Positions 55,659-62,693 of a DNA stretch of 64,000 bases are shown one piece after another (within the stretch, counting starts at the first letter, position 1; the number at the start of each line of letters is the position of its first letter). A program made the translations under genes and the position numbers. Location: assembly GCA_937864465.1 (NCBI GenBank), contig CALMJU010000083.1, forward strand, positions 47,456 to 111,455, written 5' to 3'. The notes under the pieces were generated by a model. The model had not been told where the DNA came from, ran no database searches, and saw nothing but the letters and a program-made list of their open reading frames with translations. This stretch comes from an uncultured Acidobacteriota bacterium. Lineage in GTDB: Bacteria > Acidobacteriota > Polarisedimenticolia > Polarisedimenticolales > JAIQFR01.

Positions 55659-56882
55659 ATGCCCGGCGTGATCGGACGAGGCGAGGCGGGGCGCCGCGGC
55701 GACGACGTGCGCTCCGATCTTTACGTCGCCGTCGAGATCCGGGACGGCGGGGGAATCGACCTGCGCCTCGAGTCGCGGGTCGCCGCCTACTACGGCGACT
55801 CGCTCCGGCGGCAGGCGGAGGAGACGCTCCGGGCGCTCGGGGTGGCCCACGCCCGCGTCGAGATCGCCGACCAGGGAGCGCTCCCGTTCGTCGTCGAGGC
55901 CCGGATCGAGGCGGCCGCACGCCGCGCGGGGCACGCGCCCCGAGGCGACGCCCGCCCGCCCGCGGCGGCTCCCGCGCGGGACCCCTCTCCCCGCGACCGG
56001 CTGCGGCGCTCGCGCCTGTACCTTCCCGGCGGGGAGCCGAAGTTCTTCGTCAACGCCGGGCTCCACGAGCCGGACGGGATCATCCTCGACCTCGAGGACT
56101 CGGTCCACCCGGCCGAGAAGGACGCGGCGCGCCTCGTCGTCCGGAACGCCCTCCGGGCGGTCGACTTCGGCGCCGCGGAGCGGATGGTCCGGATCAACCA
56201 GCTCCCGCTCGGTCTCGAGGACCTCGACGCGATCGTCCCCGAGCGCCCGGAGCTGATCCTGATCCCGAAGGTGGAGACACCGGAGCAGGTGCTCGACGTC
56301 GAACGGCGGATCGCGGAGATCCTCTCCCGGACCGGGAAGGACCGGCCGCTCTGGATCATGCCGATCCTCGAGTCGGCCGAGGGGATCGAGCGCGCGAGAG
56401 AGATCGCGAGGGTCTCCGGCCGGGTCGTCGCCCTGACGATCGGCCTCGAGGACTACACCGCCGACCTCGGCGTCCCGAAGACGAGGGAAGGAGCGGAGAC
56501 GCTCTACGCCCGGCAGCGGCTCGTCAACGCGGCGAAGGCGGCAGGCGTGCAGGCGATCGACTCCGTGTACGGCGACGTCGGCGATCTCGACGGCCTCAGG
56601 ATTTGGGCCGAGAGGTCGCGAGGCATGGGGTTCGAGGGGATGGGATGCGTCCACCCCCGCCAGATCCGCGTCATCCACGAGGCCTTCGCCCCTTCGAGGG
56701 CGGAGATCGAGAGGGCGCTCCGGATCGACGCGGCGTTCCGCGACGCGGAGGCCAGGGGCTTGGGCGTCGTCAGCCTCGGCTCGAAGATGATCGACCCGCC
56801 CGTGGTCGAGAGGGCCCGGAGGCTCGTCGAGCGGGCGCGGCGGATGGGGCTCGTCCCCGACGCCGGGGAGCAGGTCCGATGA
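55659..56882 (+). CDS. citrate lyase acyl-carrier (CitD-like) fused to citrate lyase beta / citryl-CoA lyase (CitE-like)
   Basis: The N-terminal roughly 90 aa align by eye with CitD (DLRLESRVAAYYGDSL..., ADQGALPFVVEARIEAA). A linker follows, then the CitE/HpcH fold (RRSRLYLPGGEPKF, ILDLEDSV, ESAEG, GLEDYTADLG, HPRQI). AAGGAGG lies upstream. Confidence 0.8.
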   Translation: MPGVIGRGEAGRRGDDVRSDLYVAVEIRDGGGIDLRLESRVAAYYGDSLRRQAEETLRALGVAHARVEIADQGALPFVVEARIEAAARRAGHAPRGDARPPAAAPARDPSPRDRLRRSRLYLPGGEPKFFVNAGLHEPDGIILDLEDSVHPAEKDAARLVVRNALRAVDFGAAERMVRINQLPLGLEDLDAIVPERPELILIPKVETPEQVLDVERRIAEILSRTGKDRPLWIMPILESAEGIERAREIARVSGRVVALTIGLEDYTADLGVPKTREGAETLYARQRLVNAAKAAGVQAIDSVYGDVGDLDGLRIWAERSRGMGFEGMGCVHPRQIRVIHEAFAPSRAEIERALRIDAAFRDAEARGLGVVSLGSKMIDPPVVERARRLVERARRMGLVPDAGEQVR

Positions 56883-58444
56883 GCCGCAGAGCGGAGATCG
56901 TGGTCAACGCGGCGGGCCGGAAGGTGCCCGCGCTCGTCAACGGCCGCGAGCAGGTCGCCTACCGGGGGGTCGGGAAGCACGTCCCCGACGGCCGGAAGGC
57001 CGCCCCTCCCGTGAGGAGCTGCGCGAGCTACCCGCCGAACGGCGACAAGCGCGCTCCGGACCTCGAGACCGCGCTCCGGGAATGCGGCCTCCGGGACGGG
57101 ATGACGATCTCGAACCACCACCACCTCCGGAACGGAGACCGCGTCGCGCTCGAGGTCCTGCAGGCGGCCGCGCGGATGGGCGCGAAGGACCTCGTGTGGT
57201 TCCCCTCCGCCTCCTTTCCCTGCCAGGAGCCGGTCATCGACCTCATGGAGCGGGGGGTCGTCCACCACATCGAGGGCTCGATGAACGGCCCCCTGGGCGA
57301 GTACTGCTCGCGGGGGAAGATGCGGGGCATGGGAGTCCTCCGCTCCCACGGCGGCCGCTGGCAGGCGATCCAGGACGGCGAGGTCAAGATCGACGTCGCG
57401 GTGATCGCCGCGCCGACCGCCGATGCGTTCGGCAACGCCGACGGCTCGCACGGGAAGTCGGCCTGCGGGTCGCTCGGCTTCGCGCTGGCCGACTCCGTCT
57501 ACGCCGACCGCGTGATCGTCGTCACCGACAACCTCGTCCCCTTCCCCTGCGTCCCCTGGCAGATCCAGGGGGGGAACGTGGACTTCGTCGTCGAGGTCCC
57601 CTCGATCGGCGACCCGGCGAAGATCGTCTCCGGCACGACGGAGATCACGAAGAGCCCCGACCGCCTCCTCATCGCCGAGAACATCGCCCGGTTCCTCCGG
57701 GACGCGGGGATCATGAGGGACGGCTTCTCCTTCCAGGCGGGGGCCGGCGGGATCGCTCTCGCGTTCGTCATGTTCCTCCGGGAAATGATGAAGGAGGCCG
57801 GGGTCCGCGCCCGGTTCGTACGCGGCGGCTCGACGAAGTACCTGGTGCAGCTCCTCGCGGACGGGCTGACCGACTTCATCCTCGACGGGCAGACGTTCGA
57901 CCTCGACGGCGTGCGGTCCATCGGATCGGACCCGCGTCACGTCGCGACATCCCCCTTCACCTCGTACAACTACAACGGCAAGGGGAACTTCGCCTCGATG
58001 GTGGACGCGGTCGTCCTCGGCGCGACCGAGGTGGACGTCCATTTCAACGCCAACGTCGTCACCCACTCCGACGGCCGCCTCCTCCACGGGATCGGCGGCT
58101 GGCAGAACTGCCTGTTCTCGGGGTGCACGATCCTCGCGGTCCCGGCGTTCCGCGACCGGATTCCGGTGATCGTGGACGAGGTGACGACGCTCGTCGGCCC
58201 CGGCGAGATGATCGACGTCGTCGCGACCGAGCGCGGCATTGCGATCAACCCGCGCCGCAAGGACCTCCTGGACGCCGTGAAGGGCTCGAAGCTCCCGATC
58301 CGCCCGATCGAGGAGATCAAGGCCGAGGTCGACGCGATCTGCGGCGGCGCGCCACGCCGGGCCCGCTTCAAGGACAACCCGGTCGCCGTCGTGAAATGGG
58401 TGGACGGGACCGTGCTCGACACGGTGTGGGAGATCGAGGGGTAG
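56879..58444 (+). CDS. citF: citrate lyase alpha subunit (citrate CoA-transferase)
   Basis: Near end-to-end resemblance to CitF: GLRDGMTISNHHHLRNGD, SHGGR, DAFGNADG, CGSLGF, FSFQAGAGGIALA, NANVVTHSDGRLLHGIGGWQN, ATERGIAINP. ATGA overlap with citDE. Confidence 0.9.
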   Translation: MSRRAEIVVNAAGRKVPALVNGREQVAYRGVGKHVPDGRKAAPPVRSCASYPPNGDKRAPDLETALRECGLRDGMTISNHHHLRNGDRVALEVLQAAARMGAKDLVWFPSASFPCQEPVIDLMERGVVHHIEGSMNGPLGEYCSRGKMRGMGVLRSHGGRWQAIQDGEVKIDVAVIAAPTADAFGNADGSHGKSACGSLGFALADSVYADRVIVVTDNLVPFPCVPWQIQGGNVDFVVEVPSIGDPAKIVSGTTEITKSPDRLLIAENIARFLRDAGIMRDGFSFQAGAGGIALAFVMFLREMMKEAGVRARFVRGGSTKYLVQLLADGLTDFILDGQTFDLDGVRSIGSDPRHVATSPFTSYNYNGKGNFASMVDAVVLGATEVDVHFNANVVTHSDGRLLHGIGGWQNCLFSGCTILAVPAFRDRIPVIVDEVTTLVGPGEMIDVVATERGIAINPRRKDLLDAVKGSKLPIRPIEEIKAEVDAICGGAPRRARFKDNPVAVVKWVDGTVLDTVWEIEG

Positions 58445-58497
58445 GACCTCTCTGCCTCCGGTCGGCGGCCCCGGCGACCCGGTCTCGTGGTACAAAT

Positions 58498-60162
58498 CCC
58501 CTGTAGGGTGCCAGCGAGAGTAGCTGGCGAAAATCGACACGAATTGGATCGAGCTGATCCTGCGCTGGTGATCGCGGAGTCATCCGACGGAGGTTCGCGG
58601 CGGTCCTGAATGAGCCACGCGTCGCGCTCGAAGCGGCCCGAAGGCGCGCGTCGGGCACACCGCCTCCCGAGAGGTGCCAGGGTTCCTACGCGGAAACCCG
58701 GGTCGCTACTCGGCGCGCCGAAGCGCGATGACCGGCAGGTGCCTTTCCCCGCCTCGGTGCTCGACGACGAGCTCGACCTCGACGCCGGGGCGGCCGCGCA
58801 CGAGCGCCTGTGGTCGAGCGCACCGCGACGGTCTCGGCCTACGGTCCTGTGGCTCGAATCGCGGCTTCCGGCAAGCGGGCATCTTCCGGAAGTAGATCTC
58901 GTCGGGCGTGGCTCCCGCGAGGAAGGCGTAAGGCCGGTCGGCGTTGAACTAGGCGATGTACGCGACAATCTCGCCCTCGAGCTCAGCCCGTCGGAACGGC
59001 ACCAGGATCGCCCGGGCGCATTCGGCCTTCATCGACCGGATGAACCGCTCGACGACGGCGAGGCTGCCGTACTTCCCGATGGCCCCGAATCGGCGGCGGA
59101 CGCCTCGCCGGCGACACCAGGTCGCGAAGTCGCTCGCGGTGAACTGCGTGCCGTGGTCGGTGATGAGGTGGTCGGGCCGCGAGCGGAGCGCCCGGCAGAC
59201 GCGACCGAGAAACCGGACCACCTCCGCCGTCGTCGGCCCCTTCAATGAAGACGGCCGCTCCCATCACCCTCCGGGAGTAGCGGTCCACGACGACAACGAC
59301 CCACCAGCAGAACGGCCAGCACTGCGGGAACGCGAACGGGGCCCAGGCGGTCCAGAGACAGGACGACGTGGCGACCGTCGTGAGGTCGAGGTGCCAGACG
59401 TGATTGGGGCGCTTCGCGGTTACGACTCGGAGGCCCGATTGATCGAGAGCCTTCGGAGTCGGCTTCGGAGCCGGGTGGAGCATTCTGCGCACCGTCGTCG
59501 CGCTGAGATGGAGCCCGGCCCGGGCGAGCACCCGCGCAACGGGCCGCGTGCCCACGGAGGGGCACAACGCCTTCAGCCTCCGCACGAGGTACCCGACGAA
59601 CTCGGGGAATCGATTGACCGGCTCGCGGATCTGGACGAGCGCATCGGGTTCCTCGTCGTCGAGACGGCGGTTCCAGTGGATGACGATCAGGGGCGTGACG
59701 AGCATGTGCCGAGCGGTTTGGGCCAGGGACCAGCCCCTCGCCGCGCGCAGCTCGAGGATCGCAAGTCTCTCGGTCGGACGGTAGTGCGGTCGACGCTGCG
59801 GGGAGATCCGCTCCATGCGCGAGTCCTTGATGCGGATCTCCTCCTTCAGGAGCGCGATCTCTTGGTGGAGGCGGTCGTTCTCTTCCTGCAGGTAGATTCG
59901 GGCGTTCCAGCTGCTGGCGGCGTGGCCTCGATCGGCGGTGAGGGAGAAGCGGGCCAGGGAGATGGCGTGGATCGCCCTGGACCGGACACGCCGCGACCAG
60001 TCCTTCGGCAGGCGGACACAGGATCGCTCGTCGATCGCCGGCATTCGAGCCTCCGTAGGAGCGTAGAATCAGTCCGTGCCGACGGTAGGATAAGTCGTTG
60101 CTGTGCAGGTCGATGCAGGCGGAGGAGAGGACCTAAAGAATCGGTGGCGCACTACAGAGGGC
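58498..60162 (-). mobile_element. insertion sequence (about 1.67 kb) with imperfect terminal inverted repeats and a decayed DDE transposase
   Basis: Left end is CCCCTGTAGGGTGCCAGCGA (58498-58517). Right end is TCGGTGGCGCACTACAGAGGGC (60141-60162), whose reverse complement GCCCTCTGTAGTGCGCCACCGA matches 16 of 22 positions. Subterminal hairpin CGCCAGC-gagagta-GCTGGCG in the MITE copy (TGCCAGC-gagagta-GCTGGCG, 6 bp, at the IS left end). Both ends recur at 62535-62686. No target-site duplication found. Confidence 0.8.
58706..60044 (-). pseudogene. DDE (rve/integrase-core) transposase, disrupted by one frameshift and one in-frame TAG
   Basis: N-terminal HTH plus coiled coil (LQEENDRLHQEIALLKEE). 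Catalytic core HVWHLDLT and VVVVDRYSRRVMG in one frame, then KGPTTAEVVRFL, LITDHGTQFTA and ERFIRSMKAE in another (shift near 59243-59250). TAG at 58949-58951 is followed in frame by FNADRPYAFLAGATPDEIY, down to the stop at 58706. Confidence 0.8.
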
Positions 60163-60341
60163 TCGATGTGGTGCGACAGATCTCGCAAGTTGAGCGCCGG
60201 GACCCAGAGGCCGCGATTCGTCTCGCATCGTTGTCCTTCGTTGAAAGTTTCCTCGACCCGGATGCGAGCGCGCCCTCGAATCTGCTCTCATCGGTTGTCC
60301 TGGATGGTGTGGAATGCGTTCAGGTCCAGCCGAACCTCTGC

Positions 60342-60370
60342 TTGTGCTGGTACTGCTGGACATGCATAAT
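60342..60370 (+). promoter_or_regulatory. putative sigma70-type promoter (TTGTGC-N17-CATAAT) for the cargo operon
   Basis: TTGTGC at 60342-60347 and CATAAT at 60365-60370, about 135 nt upstream of the TTG start at 60506. Confidence 0.35.
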
Positions 60371-60505
60371 CTGGGAGTGCTGCAGCGTGCCAACGGAATA
60401 CCCGGGCTCTTGCCGGTAAGAATGCACTTGGCCCCGACGCTGCCAAGCGCCCCGTCCGCGCAGGAGCGAGCGGGGGAGCATTCCAGCCGGGAAAAGGAAT
60501 AGTTC

Positions 60506-61060
60506 TTGAGCGCCGCCAGGGTCGGAACGCTGCGCGCCGGAATCGTGCTGCTCGCCGTCACATTCGCTGGGATCCACTCGTTGGTTCTCTCGGACCGATT
60601 TGCGCATTTGACCGGCGACGGCTGGGTGGGTAGAAGACTGCCGAGTCTGACCTTGACGCTGGCCGACGGCAGAGTGCGCCCTGTTCCCCAGCCCGGCCCC
60701 CCGCTCGTGCTTCTCGCGTGGGCCTCTTGGTGCGAGCCTTGTCATGCCGAGATCCGGCGCCTGCTCGATCTCCAATACTCCAAGACCGTCGTCTTCGGCG
60801 TTGTCTTGCTGAACTTCGGCGAGAGTGCGGATGTCGTCCGAACACACGCGGCCGACTTCGGCCCGGGACACCCGGCCATCGCGTTGGACCCAGAGCGGGA
60901 GATTGCAAACCGATTGCAGATCGGCAGGCTACCCACGACCATCCTCGTCGATACAACAGGCAGAGTGGTCTATCGCGCTGAGGGAGGGGACCAGAGTCAC
61001 GTCGAGGAGATCGAGAGACGAGTGAAGCTGGCCTACGAGGCGGCTGCGCATGGCCTGTGA
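60506..61060 (+). CDS. TlpA-like thiol:disulfide oxidoreductase (thioredoxin fold, membrane-anchored)
   Basis: N-terminal TM helix (LRAGIVLLAVTFAGI), redox motif WASWCEPC, GRLPTTILVD cis-Pro loop region. TTG start with AAAGGA 9 nt upstream. Lower GC than the surrounding chromosome. Confidence 0.75.
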   Translation: MSAARVGTLRAGIVLLAVTFAGIHSLVLSDRFAHLTGDGWVGRRLPSLTLTLADGRVRPVPQPGPPLVLLAWASWCEPCHAEIRRLLDLQYSKTVVFGVVLLNFGESADVVRTHAADFGPGHPAIALDPEREIANRLQIGRLPTTILVDTTGRVVYRAEGGDQSHVEEIERRVKLAYEAAAHGL

Positions 61061-61775
61061 CCCGATCGTGTCCATCGTCTCGCTGACCAAGGTCTATCGG
61101 GGCTATGGCGTCAAGCATTGCGCCTTGCGCAACGTATCCCTGGACATTTTCCCGGGCGATAGTCTGGGACTTGTCGGTCGGAACGGGGCTGGCAAGACGA
61201 CGCTCCTGAGCTGCGTTCTTGGATTCCTTCGACCCACGTCCGGTAACATCCGTGTCTTCGGCGCATCGCCGGACGATCCGCGGAGCCGTTCGAGTGTCGG
61301 CTACCTGTCCGAGGACAACAGACTCTATTCCTCCTACTCGGTCGACCAAATTCTCGGCCTCGTGAGTGAGCTCCGTTCGGTTCGTCTCTCCCCGGCGGAC
61401 AAACGACTGCTCCTGGAGGACGTCGGTCTCGAAGGGGTCGAAAGAGCACGCGTGGGACGGCTGTCGAAAGGCATGCGACAGCGACTGGGGATTGCCCTTG
61501 CGAACATCGGCGAGCCGAAGCTCCTTGTGATGGACGAGCCGCTGACCGGCCTGGACCCGGTATCGAGGCAGATGACGCTCGACCTCGTACGGCGCTTCCG
61601 CCGCCAAGGTCGCACGGTCGTATTCTGCAGCCACCTGCTCGACGACGTTGCCAAAGTGTGCTCTCGCGTATGTGTTCTGCATCTGGGCGAGGTCACGCTG
61701 GATGGCACGACCGACCCGCTCGCTGCGGGTACGGACGGATGGAACTCGCGCGTCCTGTCCGCAATGGGGTGGTGA
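61050..61775 (+). CDS. ABC transporter ATP-binding protein
   Basis: Walker A GRNGAGKTT, signature LSKGMRQR, Walker B LLVMDEP, H-loop CSHL. 11-nt overlap with the upstream gene. Confidence 0.88.
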   Translation: MACDPIVSIVSLTKVYRGYGVKHCALRNVSLDIFPGDSLGLVGRNGAGKTTLLSCVLGFLRPTSGNIRVFGASPDDPRSRSSVGYLSEDNRLYSSYSVDQILGLVSELRSVRLSPADKRLLLEDVGLEGVERARVGRLSKGMRQRLGIALANIGEPKLLVMDEPLTGLDPVSRQMTLDLVRRFRRQGRTVVFCSHLLDDVAKVCSRVCVLHLGEVTLDGTTDPLAAGTDGWNSRVLSAMGW

Positions 61776-62507
61776 ATGCGCGGCCGCGCTGTCCTGCGCC
61801 TGGCGGAGCACACGCTGCGGCTGAACCTCGGCGCCGCGGTCGTGTGCCTGCTCGTCTTTCCCGCGGTCTACCTCATGTGGCGTTTGGGCAGCGGCGCGGC
61901 ACCCCGGTCGTTTTATTCGATCGCATCCAAGCTCCAGATCGTGACTGCGGTAATCTTCGGTGTCCTGGCAGCCTCGCACGAAAGGCGGGAGGGGACTCTG
62001 CGGTTCCTGCTCGCTCAACCGATCGGGCGCGATACCGTTGTGTTCGGCGAGCTGGTGAGTCTGGCCGCCTTCGGTCTTCTGAACTCGGCGATTCCGACGG
62101 TGATTCTCGTCGTCGAGGCGGCGCGCGCAGACATGCCGATCCGCGAGACGCTCGCCTTCCTGGTGCTGACCTTCGGATTCCTGCGCCCCCTCGTGATCGC
62201 GAGCGTGGCCTTCTTGCTCGCCTCCATCACGTCTCCCTGGGTCTCAGGGGCGGTCGCTCTGGCACTTCCCATCGTGTACGGCTTGATGGCGGACGGTCTC
62301 TTCGCCCGAAGCGAATTCCAGAGGACGGTGAACCGTCTGGCACGCTGGGTGTTGCCTTCGCTCGATCAACTGGACCTGTACCGTTGTTTGGCGTTGAACG
62401 AAGCCCCAGCACTCATCGGCTCGATGGTCGTTTGTCTCGATAGCCTATCGTTCATCGGATTGATGTGGCTCGTGGCACTCTTGGTGTCGCGGCACTTCGA
62501 GTCCTGA
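61776..62507 (+). CDS. ABC-2 type transporter permease
   Basis: 243 aa with about 6 TM helices. The ATG directly follows the ATPase stop (TGAATG). Confidence 0.75.
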   Translation: MRGRAVLRLAEHTLRLNLGAAVVCLLVFPAVYLMWRLGSGAAPRSFYSIASKLQIVTAVIFGVLAASHERREGTLRFLLAQPIGRDTVVFGELVSLAAFGLLNSAIPTVILVVEAARADMPIRETLAFLVLTFGFLRPLVIASVAFLLASITSPWVSGAVALALPIVYGLMADGLFARSEFQRTVNRLARWVLPSLDQLDLYRCLALNEAPALIGSMVVCLDSLSFIGLMWLVALLVSRHFES

Positions 62508-62534
62508 AGGGCTCCTGGTGCGCCGTGAGAAGGT

Positions 62535-62686
62535 CCGTTGTAGGGCGCCAGCGAGAGTAGCTGGCGGGAAACGACACGGATCTGCAGTGGGTTGGGTGCC
62601 TCGACCGACGTCTGACGCACCCGATGGATGATCGCGGCGGTCGTGAACGAGAGGGCCTGGAGAATCGGTGGCGCGCTACAGGGGGC
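62535..62686 (-). mobile_element. MITE-like internal-deletion derivative (about 150 bp) of the IS at 58498-60162
   Basis: The left part TGTAGGGCGCCAGCGAGAGTAGCTGGCGGGAAACGACACGGAT closely matches IS 58502-58544. TCGCGGCGGTCGTGAACGAG matches IS 58593-58613. The right part GAATCGGTGGCGCGCTACAGGGGGC matches IS 60138-60162. Same orientation as the IS. Confidence 0.8.
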
Positions 62687-62693
62687 CATCGCC

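Noticed and set aside
60157-60340. Possible gene remnant on the minus strand (…RARIRVEETFNEGQRCETNRGLWVPALNLRDLSHHIEP…) between the IS and the cargo genes.
   Set aside because: The frame is interrupted by stops and runs through the IS inverted repeat. No family was recognised, so I treat it as non-coding.
60362-60502. Small ORFs in the cargo leader (46 aa from ATG 60362, 26 aa from ATG 60422) as possible precursor peptides for the TlpA-like/ABC module.
   Set aside because: The first ATG overlaps the predicted -10 box. Neither ORF has a convincing ribosome-binding site. The sequences (for example MHLAPTLPSAPSAQERAGEHSSREKE) contain no Cys or leader-like features.
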